NCBI GenBank assembly: GCA_001029695.1
Contig: CP011211.1
Coordinates: 480,001-512,000, forward strand
Length of the DNA stretch: 32,000 nucleotides
From: Candidatus Saccharimonadota bacterium
GTDB taxonomy: Bacteria; Patescibacteriota; Saccharimonadia; Saccharimonadales; Saccharimonadaceae
Direction: 5' to 3'
In this document: piece by piece, positions 8,308 through 15,847 of the stretch
Layout: each line of letters starts with the position of its first letter
Numbering within the stretch: position 1 is the first letter of the stretch
Translations under genes and position numbers: made by a program
Notes under the pieces: model-generated
Told to the model about the DNA's origin: nothing
Databases searched by the model: none
The model's input: the letters and a program-made list of their open reading frames with translations, nothing else

Positions 8308-8793
8308 TTATTGTACTCCTGTCGTATCGACTTCAAATGTCGCCTTTGAAGAAAGTTGGATATTACTTCGTTCGATTGAACCGGCTGGAAACTCCAACAC
8401 GAACCGCGCTACTTTCTTCGGAGTAAACCGTGTTTCAGGGTAGCTATCTGGTTGCGCGTCTTTAACAAGATGCACTACCCTCTTCTCGCTATCGAGCCAC
8501 ACTATATCAATCGGAAATTTCATATCTTTCATCCAGATAGACCACTTGTCTGATTCTGGAAAAACAAATAAACGACCCTCTGTTTTATCGAGTTTTTCGG
8601 TACCAGATAGGCCTTTGTCGCGATTTTCGGGTGTGCTAAGAATTTGCACCTGATACGTACCCCGTCCAATCTGGACAGGTATCTTCTCGGCAGATGCTTG
8701 CTGCTGATCGATAAGCACTCTGATGCCTGCCCACGCCATGGCGCCCACAACAGCAATAACAACAAACCACCAGAGGCCGTTGTTACTTCTCAT
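8308..8793 (-). CDS. DUF192 (COG1430)-family protein with N-terminal membrane anchor/signal
   Basis: 161 aa. N-terminal TM LWWFVVIAVVGAMAWAGI. Core GRLFVFPESDKWSIWMKDMKFPIDIVWLD matches the conserved DUF192 pattern (M.nt..pLDi.fid). Confidence 0.75.
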   Translation of the reverse strand: MRSNNGLWWFVVIAVVGAMAWAGIRVLIDQQQASAEKIPVQIGRGTYQVQILSTPENRDKGLSGTEKLDKTEGRLFVFPESDKWSIWMKDMKFPIDIVWLDSEKRVVHLVKDAQPDSYPETRFTPKKVARFVLEFPAGSIERSNIQLSSKATFEVDTTGVQ

Positions 8794-8846
8794 GCGCTCG
8801 CATCACAAAAATTGTGTGTCATACGCACTATTATAGCAGTTATGCT

Positions 8847-9758
8847 CTATGCGCCGACTTTATCTTTTTTATTGCGGCGTTTTGCATTCATCTCGACATA
8901 TTCTATAACAGCCGTTGCTACATCTCTTTTCGTCACTTTTTCAACCCCAAAGCCAGGGCTTGCGTTCACCTCAAGCACGAGTGGTCCTCGATCGCTACGC
9001 ATCATATCGACACCTGCAATATTCAGTCCCATTGCCTTAGCAGCTTTCACTGCAGTGCGACGCTCCTCTTCAGTCAGCTTAATGACCACTCCCTCACCAC
9101 CCTTATGTAAATTTGAGCGAAAATCATCATCCAGGCTCTGTCGCTTCATACTTGCAACAACACGACTACCAACAACAAACGCACGAATATCCGTCCCAGC
9201 TGATTCTTTGACAAACTCTTGAAGCAGGATATTCGTCCCATCTTCATTTGAAAGATAAAAAGCTTGTAGTACCGATTTTGCAGCCTTCTTTGTCTCAGCG
9301 AGCACGACACCATTTCCATGTGTACCACGAGCAAGTTTAATAATAATCGGTGTTCCGCCAATCTTTTCCAAAAGATCATCGATGTCAGCTGAATTACGAG
9401 ACACCACTGTTTTCGGAATCCCTACACCAGCCTTAGCAAGTAACTGCATACTTCTAAGTTTATCTCTCGATCGATTAATCGCAATTGAGCTTGACACGGT
9501 ATAGACACCCTGCATCTCAAGCTGGCGGACGATCGCAGTGCCATATCGAGTCATATTAGAAGCAATACGAGGAATAATCGCATCAAAAGTACCGAGATCT
9601 TCACCTCTATAGCTAACTGTCGGATTATTCTGTTCAATCGACGCATAGCAATCACGATATTTAATAACGCGAACTTCATGACCACGAGCCTTAGCGACCT
9701 CTTTGAGACGCTTCGTCGAATAATTGCCAGAACCGTTGGAAAGAATTGCAATTTTCAT
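8847..9758 (-). CDS. rimK: RimK-type alpha-L-glutamate ligase (ATP-grasp)
   Basis: 303 aa. Colinear with E. coli RimK as I recall it: MKIAILS..., FDAIIPRI, DKLRSMQLLA, GVVLAET, DIRAFVVG, DFRSNLHKGG, AGVDMMRSDRGPLVLEVNASPG. Basic C-terminal tail. Confidence 0.9.
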   Translation of the reverse strand: MKIAILSNGSGNYSTKRLKEVAKARGHEVRVIKYRDCYASIEQNNPTVSYRGEDLGTFDAIIPRIASNMTRYGTAIVRQLEMQGVYTVSSSIAINRSRDKLRSMQLLAKAGVGIPKTVVSRNSADIDDLLEKIGGTPIIIKLARGTHGNGVVLAETKKAAKSVLQAFYLSNEDGTNILLQEFVKESAGTDIRAFVVGSRVVASMKRQSLDDDFRSNLHKGGEGVVIKLTEEERRTAVKAAKAMGLNIAGVDMMRSDRGPLVLEVNASPGFGVEKVTKRDVATAVIEYVEMNAKRRNKKDKVGA

Positions 9759-10264
9759 AATATTATTCCTTTATCTTTAACATATCTTTGGTGGAAATCG
9801 TACGGACCCTCTGCAAGTTTTCTATTCAGCTGCTTTGTTCTCGCGTTAGACGGCGATCGTCTAACACCTTTTGAAACATCAACTAAAAACTTACCGCTCA
9901 TCGTTCTTCGACCGATAAGAATCTTATAGGTACTATTTGTTCGATCCGATAAATTAAACAATGCTCGTATTCTTCTGCCAGCAATCGTAACCGTAAATTG
10001 AGTTCTATAGCGAACCTCCGACTGACCATTTGAACTCTTGACCTGCGCAACCGAAAAAACCGTCCGTTTAAAAAGCTTGCCGTTGTAATATGGCGAGCCT
10101 TCACCAAATAAAGAAAACCGCAATACTCCATCCCGACCAATCCGAATATTACTTGCCCATATCGCCGAACTATCTGCACCAGTGTCAAGCTTTGCAGGCA
10201 CATCAACCGCCCGCCTACCGATAGACACACGCTCAACTATACCGACGGTCGTTAACTTTGTCAT
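9755..10264 (-). CDS. retropepsin-like aspartic peptidase of the 'ATP-dependent zinc protease' family (PF05618/COG4067; RimB-like)
   Basis: 169 aa. VPAKLDTGADSSAIWA (DTGA active-site motif), VKSSNGQSEVRY, and a later ILIGRR flap-like motif. ATGA overlaps with both neighbouring genes. Confidence 0.8.
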   Translation of the reverse strand: MTKLTTVGIVERVSIGRRAVDVPAKLDTGADSSAIWASNIRIGRDGVLRFSLFGEGSPYYNGKLFKRTVFSVAQVKSSNGQSEVRYRTQFTVTIAGRRIRALFNLSDRTNSTYKILIGRRTMSGKFLVDVSKGVRRSPSNARTKQLNRKLAEGPYDFHQRYVKDKGIIL

Positions 10265-11172
10265 ACGCTAGTCTGCCTCCGTAGTATTAAGCGGATCATG
10301 TCTGCGTACAGCGCGGTCTTCTCCTCAACAAATGAACCCGACGATATCTGAGGTCCATTATTTACTTCGAGTAAATAAGATACGCCAGTCTGAGAGTTAA
10401 TCATCACATCCACGCCCGCAACCTGTATTCGTAGCACCTCGGCTGATCGTCGAGCCATCGCAAGAATGTCTTCACCGATCTGATCAAGTGGAACTACCTC
10501 TGCAATTCCACCCTGGGACGTATTATTGAGATGAGATGACCCATCGCCAACCCTACGTATAGCAAGTACAGGCTTATCTGCCATTACTAAAACTCGTAGA
10601 TCACCGTCGTTAGGAATGAACTCTTGAAGCAAAAAAAAGACGTCCGAATACTGCTCTACAATGGACCGTATCTGTTCAGGAGACGACACGACAAAATTAA
10701 GCCGTCCTTTTGAGCCAAAATTATCCTTCAATACAGCCCTCTCTCCGAGCTCGGCAAAACGACGCTCCATCTCCTCAACTGGACCATAAAATGTTCTAGG
10801 CCAGTTCCTCACCCCTCCAAACCATGATGCAAATTCTGAACTCAATTTATTATCTGGCAGTAGTCTATTCAAGTAGGTGTCTGTGTAGGAAATATTAAAA
10901 TACTCACAGTACGCAGTAATCGCATGAGCCTCGACCGCATAAGATCCAACGTGACGGAATATCACCAAATCGAAGTCACGAATATCGAACCGTTTTTTAG
11001 GATGATAAATAGCGATCGACTCTGAATCGAGCTCAAAAAACAATTCCGATATCTCACAATTCTCAACAATCAAATCATCTTCCAATAATTGTCGAACATT
11101 ACCAGCAAATATATCAGCCAGTTCGAGAGTTCTCTCAGTTTTAGCGCGTGCAATAAGTAAAACCTTTTTCAT
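10261..11172 (-). CDS. divergent RimK-like ATP-grasp ligase (second copy)
   Basis: 303 aa. VLKDNFGSKGRLNFVV, LLQEFIPNDGDLRVLVMADKPVLAIRR, NNTSQGG, VAGVDVMINSQTGVSYLLEVNNGPQ follows the order of ATP-grasp motifs in RimK-type enzymes, but with low similarity to the rimK at 8847-9758. Confidence 0.75.
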   Translation of the reverse strand: MKKVLLIARAKTERTLELADIFAGNVRQLLEDDLIVENCEISELFFELDSESIAIYHPKKRFDIRDFDLVIFRHVGSYAVEAHAITAYCEYFNISYTDTYLNRLLPDNKLSSEFASWFGGVRNWPRTFYGPVEEMERRFAELGERAVLKDNFGSKGRLNFVVSSPEQIRSIVEQYSDVFFLLQEFIPNDGDLRVLVMADKPVLAIRRVGDGSSHLNNTSQGGIAEVVPLDQIGEDILAMARRSAEVLRIQVAGVDVMINSQTGVSYLLEVNNGPQISSGSFVEEKTALYADMIRLILRRQTSV

Positions 11173-11190
11173 CTATTCGATTATAACATT

Positions 11191-12171
11191 TTATTGGGTA
11201 AAATTCAAGTTATTATCTGTCGTATCGACGATCTTGTCGACGATCCAGTGGTTATCTTCGTTACGAGCTGATACATACATCTTAAGGCTCGGCGAGGCGT
11301 TACATTCATTGAACCAATAGTGGCCCTTACTAGCCTCCACTTGGTGGTCCACGATAAACATATCAATCGCCACAAAACCAGCACCAACTGTTGTTGCAAA
11401 CCTCTCGGCAAGCGCTACGTAGGACGCATCGACGTCGCCTCGTAATTCATATAATGAAGCACCTTTAGAGACGAGAGTAGCCCCTGATAATATACGCACT
11501 TCCCCTATCCCAGGGATATCTTCGCTCATAACAACATCTCCAATAAGGTCTACCGTCCATTGTGGGTATATAGCATCACTCAAGATCAGGTCACGTCGTG
11601 TGCTATTTTCTCGTGAGACCAATTGACGCACCGTACTGACTCCATCGCCAATGACTTGAGGGCGTTCTCGTCGCAATACAGACACAACCGCTCCTTCTAG
11701 AATCGTAAAGCGATATTCTTCGCCACCAACCTGCTCTTGAATGATTGCAACTGGAGACTCCCGGTAAGCATGCTTTAGCGCCTGAGGCATTATGTCCATC
11801 GAATTAACTCCAATTGTGACGCCATGCGACTTATAGCTATCGAGCGGCTTCACGACAACCAGTGGATACTGCTTCAAAAAAGCATGCAACTCCTCCATGC
11901 CCATTGAGCGATCAACATACATAGTCTTCGGCGTGCGAATACTTAAGCTACTCGCAAGCTCGTAAGATAAACGCTTATTGTCAGAAATCTGGTGAATAAA
12001 AGCACTATTCATCGGATAGGCCATTTTTTTGCCCGTCACCCAAACTCGACCGTTCGGAGCGATAATACGTATGACTGACTGGCCACTTATCTTAGCATCT
12101 TCTACGATGTAGCCCCGTTCACGTAATCGTGCATACAGACCACCACGTTCGCTTTTTTTAAATATACTCAT
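11191..12171 (-). CDS. ATP-grasp ligase resembling the cyanophycin-synthetase-type ATP-grasp module (third copy)
   Basis: 326 aa. VVVKPLDSYKSHGVTIGV, IIQEQVGGEEYRFTIL, RPQVIGDGVSTVRQLVSRENSTRR, GFVAIDMFIV, WFNECNASPSLKMY. The xVIGDGxSTVxxL segment is characteristic of CphA-like ATP-grasp domains. Confidence 0.7.
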   Translation of the reverse strand: MSIFKKSERGGLYARLRERGYIVEDAKISGQSVIRIIAPNGRVWVTGKKMAYPMNSAFIHQISDNKRLSYELASSLSIRTPKTMYVDRSMGMEELHAFLKQYPLVVVKPLDSYKSHGVTIGVNSMDIMPQALKHAYRESPVAIIQEQVGGEEYRFTILEGAVVSVLRRERPQVIGDGVSTVRQLVSRENSTRRDLILSDAIYPQWTVDLIGDVVMSEDIPGIGEVRILSGATLVSKGASLYELRGDVDASYVALAERFATTVGAGFVAIDMFIVDHQVEASKGHYWFNECNASPSLKMYVSARNEDNHWIVDKIVDTTDNNLNFTQ

Positions 12172-12373
12172 CTACTCATCGTACTCGATTTCAGGCACCA
12201 TTGCTACATACTCATGGTTTGTTTGAGCGAAGCAATGCCCTTTAACGCCTCGTGTGGTCCGTTAAGTACTTGGTGGTCGTGCCGTCTTAGTACTAGTCAG
12301 CACTATATCGCCAATTACTCAATCTTCTCGCGTACATCAGGCTACAGAATGTCTTACAAAAACTCAAGCAATT

Positions 12374-12402
12374 GAAAACCCCGCAACATCGAATTGCGGG
12401 GT
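12374..12402 (-). terminator. intrinsic terminator after the 203-aa gene
   Basis: Minus strand: ACCCCGCAA-ttcgatg-TTGCGGGGT followed by TTTT. Confidence 0.75.
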
Positions 12403-12435
12403 GTGTGCCTGTGTCGGGCTGATCAATTAGAGGGG

Positions 12436-13047
12436 TTAGTTCGGTCGCCCACGTCTCCTTCGACGCTCTCTTGCCTCCTGAAGCCTGACCTTAGCATCTT
12501 CAGCATCCTGCGCACGAGCCGCAGCGAGCGCGCTGGATTCAGCAAAAAAGACGGTCGATCGATGATGCTCGGCGATCGAAGGGCAAATCTCCCGGAGGAG
12601 ACGAAGCACCTCTGAAAGCTCTTTCTGGAGATGATCACTTCTCGAAGCAATCGATACAACGTACTCCTCGAAAGAAGTTGAATCCTCATGACGACGCCAC
12701 TTACCCAGCACCCATGACCTCGTATTGACCTCATGCGGAAATGATCGCAGCCCATGCTCTAACGTCAGATACACATGTGTACCTACGCCAAGCGCTTCAT
12801 TTGCGACGAGCACCCAGGCGGCAGTTCTTTCGCCAGCGCATTCAATCTGCTCAGGCCGAATACTATTGTAGTTAAGCCGCGAGACATATGGGTCTGCTCG
12901 CAGTGCCGAAATTACTGACGGCACAATAGCATCGATCTCCTGCCTCAAAGCAGCGATCGAAGGCAGCGGCGTGAATTCTTCGGCATCACGTCGTCTCTGT
13001 TCTCGATCTGCGTCAAGTCCAAGCAAATAGGCATTAGTCGGATCCAT
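12436..13047 (-). CDS. hypothetical protein, monocistronic orphan with Arg-rich C-terminus
   Basis: 203-aa ORF, the longest of three overlapping ORFs here. Has its own promoter and terminator. SD GAAGGGA upstream. Ends QEARERRRRRGRPN. No family recognised. Confidence 0.6.
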   Translation of the reverse strand: MDPTNAYLLGLDADREQRRRDAEEFTPLPSIAALRQEIDAIVPSVISALRADPYVSRLNYNSIRPEQIECAGERTAAWVLVANEALGVGTHVYLTLEHGLRSFPHEVNTRSWVLGKWRRHEDSTSFEEYVVSIASRSDHLQKELSEVLRLLREICPSIAEHHRSTVFFAESSALAAARAQDAEDAKVRLQEARERRRRRGRPN

Positions 13048-13093
13048 AGCCCGATCCCTTCACTATGTTCATCTGGCCCTTCCAGACTAAACT

Positions 13094-13122
13094 ATTTAAA
13101 CATATATTTGCTATTTAATCAA
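13094..13122 (-). promoter_or_regulatory. promoter TTGATT-17-TTAAAT for the 203-aa gene
   Basis: Minus strand: TTGATT aaatagcaaatatatgt TTAAAT, directly after the stop of the 872-aa gene. Followed by a small hairpin TCTGG-aaggg-CCAGA. Confidence 0.45.
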
Positions 13123-13125
13123 TCA

Positions 13126-15744
13126 CTAGAAGTCTTCTGGAAGAATATCTGGATTAATGGATAGTGCAATACGTTCAAACGCATCCTTACGCTTATCTAG
13201 TGCGCCGCTGAGGTTTGCATTCTTGACGACGCCAAAGATTGCGCGTTCAAGCTTGTCTCGCTCTTCAGCACCAAACAATCCTGGCTCACGCTCTAGAAGC
13301 GAAGCGAGATGCTCAAGTGTATCCTTGTCGGCTTCAACTAGCCCCTTTGAGCCGAATGTATTGCTCTTTACGGCATCGACAAATGCATTCTTAAGTCCGT
13401 TAGAGCCGAATCCTCCCACAACACCCTGGCCGAGCTTATCAAGCAATCCAGCACTAAACTCTCCAGGCTTCTTAGAGTTAGATTTGAGGCCATCAACAAA
13501 TGCAGTTCGCAAGAATTCATCTGATGTCTCACTAAGATCCATGATAGTAGAAAGCTTATGGATTGCTCCAACATCTGGTCCAGACGCAATCTTTTTGATT
13601 GCCACTTCTCGGATTTCAGGATTATTAGCAATACCGCGCACCTCTGCAATACCGCTTGCCAGCTGGAGTAATTCATCGGATTTGAGATTCTTTACGTCAA
13701 TCATGAGCTCAAGGTTCTTGAGACCTTCAGAGCGCTCATTCACACGAGTAGAGAGTGCGCTTGCTACTGCACGTGGCTTGCCGCTAGCTAAATCAATACC
13801 CGCCGCAACCGCCTGCAGATGGTCGCTATTAGTGATGGCATTAGATAGCTGTCTGTTAACGACATAGTCCGCTGACTGCGCCGCACGAGCGTTCATAGCG
13901 ATGTCCTGAGAACTCTGCTTAATCTCTTGGTTGTACGACTCATAGAGTCCATTACTGAGGCCGGCTTTTGCGTTTCGCTTCTGAGTTTCGTCAAGTGCAT
14001 TAATAGCTTGCGCTGACATATCCGCTGCATATGCACTTTCATGTGCAGCACGGGCCATGCGATTGTTGCGACGTCCGACAAATGTCGCTCGTTCACCTGG
14101 AACAATCCCCTGATCATCCATCTCATTAAGCCGCTTCGTATAATGCGCCTCTGAGCGCTTTTCGACAGCAGCCTCGTAATCCTTCAGTTTCGCTTCTTTC
14201 TCATGCTTCTTGTCATGATCACGAAGGGCATAGTTACGAAGGAATTGACGTCTATTGTATATACCTTTTGCTCGATCTTCCGACGCCTGGCTAAGACGCT
14301 GCTTGCGCCTCTCATTAGCCTTGCCTTGACTCCAGTTTCGCGTTCGATCGATAAGCCCCTTGTTTGGATTATTAACAATACCAGCAAGCTTGCCGAGTAG
14401 TCCGCCACTGAATTTAATCAGCATAGGCGTAATTACAATTGGCGCCACCTGAACAAACATACCCAGGAGAACAACGTTCATATTTGAGGCAGTCTGCACA
14501 ATGAGACTTCCCGCTAATTGCGAACCACCAAATATAACCGAAAATATAGGAAAAAGAAGCAGCATTGTCATTAGTAAGTCTTTCCACTTATCGAACCATT
14601 TCTCAGTGTTTGGTAAGAGATACGCGACAAAAGCAAGTGGGGCAACCACAATCAAAATAACGATGAGTGCTTGGCGAGCTGCAAGCACGAGAAGCGCTAC
14701 AAGAACAGCCAATAGCACTCCCAGAAGGAATGGAAGAAGGAGATAAATAAGCCCCGTTACACCCACGCCAGCAACACTCGACAAAGCAAGCTTGGCGGCA
14801 ATTCCACCGGCAACCGCCATCGTTCCGCCGGATAATATAAAGCTCGTCATACTATCCCACGAGATAACTTCGTCGTTCGAGGCACTGTTTGCTCCAAGAA
14901 TATTACCCCTCATGTCAATAAACATCTGCTGCAGTGAATGACCCAGTATATTAGAGATATCGACAGCACCCGCTACGATTACATACGACAGATTAACAAG
15001 TATCGCCGCGATAATAATTCGAGGTAGCATCTTTTTAAGGCTGTAGTTATTAAGACCGCCGCCTGTCACTTGTGAGTAGATGACGATAAGAAATGCTAAC
15101 ACAAACGCAATATTCGCAAATCCACGCATTACTTCCCACATACGATAAATTGGCGTCGTAGAATCAAATGATAGCGGCTTCACGGTAAGATAATCTTTGA
15201 GAAGATCGAAGATAATGTCCATGCCGCTAGCGAGAAAGCGCATCGTTGGACAAATCACCCAACCGATTCCTTTGATCGCACAGGCTGTTACCTCCCCTTG
15301 GTCACTATCATTTCTGCCCGTCGTACCAAACGAGCGGTCTACTTCTCCGCTCTTTGGCTCTAGTCCAATTTGTCGAGCTGTTTGTGGATTTGTGTACGTA
15401 GAAGGAGGACTAAAAGTAAAGCTCTGATACTGAACCGTCGTTGCGTCATTGACATTTGTTCCTGGAGGGAAATACATCACCATGGCACTGTTTTGGTCCG
15501 GCTGCTTATAGACATACACACTAGACCCCGCAGGTATACCAGGGATAGACGCTGTCTCTTTTTCATAGCGTTGACCCTCATAGGTCACAACATCACCGTC
15601 CCAAGCAGCATCAACAGCATAGGCTGTTTGAGGAGAAACAGTAATTGCCCATAAGAGGGCCGACATGATAATGACGGCAAGTGCGGTGGCAATTTTACGG
15701 AGAGAAAAATCGCCGATTGGATTCAATCGGAACACATCCCACAT
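13126..15744 (-). CDS. large polytopic membrane protein, possibly TrbL/VirB6-like, with a long C-terminal cytoplasmic domain
   Basis: 872 aa. Signal/anchor, ~150-aa ectodomain, then 6-8 TMs including QALIVILIVVAPLAFVAYLLPNTEKWFDKWKDLLMTMLLLFPIF (reminiscent of TrbL/VirB6 cores). A ~400-aa charged C-terminal region carries an internal duplication: AFVDGLKSNS / AFVDAVKSNT. Confidence 0.65.
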   Translation of the reverse strand: MWDVFRLNPIGDFSLRKIATALAVIIMSALLWAITVSPQTAYAVDAAWDGDVVTYEGQRYEKETASIPGIPAGSSVYVYKQPDQNSAMVMYFPPGTNVNDATTVQYQSFTFSPPSTYTNPQTARQIGLEPKSGEVDRSFGTTGRNDSDQGEVTACAIKGIGWVICPTMRFLASGMDIIFDLLKDYLTVKPLSFDSTTPIYRMWEVMRGFANIAFVLAFLIVIYSQVTGGGLNNYSLKKMLPRIIIAAILVNLSYVIVAGAVDISNILGHSLQQMFIDMRGNILGANSASNDEVISWDSMTSFILSGGTMAVAGGIAAKLALSSVAGVGVTGLIYLLLPFLLGVLLAVLVALLVLAARQALIVILIVVAPLAFVAYLLPNTEKWFDKWKDLLMTMLLLFPIFSVIFGGSQLAGSLIVQTASNMNVVLLGMFVQVAPIVITPMLIKFSGGLLGKLAGIVNNPNKGLIDRTRNWSQGKANERRKQRLSQASEDRAKGIYNRRQFLRNYALRDHDKKHEKEAKLKDYEAAVEKRSEAHYTKRLNEMDDQGIVPGERATFVGRRNNRMARAAHESAYAADMSAQAINALDETQKRNAKAGLSNGLYESYNQEIKQSSQDIAMNARAAQSADYVVNRQLSNAITNSDHLQAVAAGIDLASGKPRAVASALSTRVNERSEGLKNLELMIDVKNLKSDELLQLASGIAEVRGIANNPEIREVAIKKIASGPDVGAIHKLSTIMDLSETSDEFLRTAFVDGLKSNSKKPGEFSAGLLDKLGQGVVGGFGSNGLKNAFVDAVKSNTFGSKGLVEADKDTLEHLASLLEREPGLFGAEERDKLERAIFGVVKNANLSGALDKRKDAFERIALSINPDILPEDF

Positions 15745-15754
15745 AGCATCTGTT

Positions 15755-15783
15755 ATTATACTATCTTATCGTTATATAATCAA
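15755..15783 (-). promoter_or_regulatory. promoter TTGATT-17-TATAAT for the 872-aa gene
   Basis: Minus strand: TTGATT atataacgataagatag TATAAT, then only 10 nt (no SD) to ATG 15744. Confidence 0.5.
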
Positions 15784-15847
15784 GTATATTGTAATGATGT
15801 GAAAAACACGAGCACTATCGGTAAAAATATAGGACCACCAACAGTGA

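Noticed and set aside
9755-10264. Alternative genetic code (UGA reassignment, as in some candidate phyla)
   Set aside because: TGA terminates the ATP-grasp and peptidase genes in ATGA overlaps (10261-10264 and 9755-9758). Conserved proteins (DnaK, DnaJ, RimK) also end at their expected lengths. Standard code 11 fits.
12172-12373. Possible SRP (4.5S) or 6S RNA in the long intergenic region
   Set aside because: I found no GGAA-capped helix with the conserved AGGUCCGGAAGGAAGCAGC-type SRP domain IV motif on either strand. 6S RNA cannot be recognised by sequence alone. The region is kept only as an unexplained leader.
13157-13867. 236-aa plus-strand ORF inside the 872-aa gene
   Set aside because: Antisense shadow ORF with an S/L/R/P-rich translation. 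The minus-strand frame has a coherent signal, TM and soluble-domain architecture.
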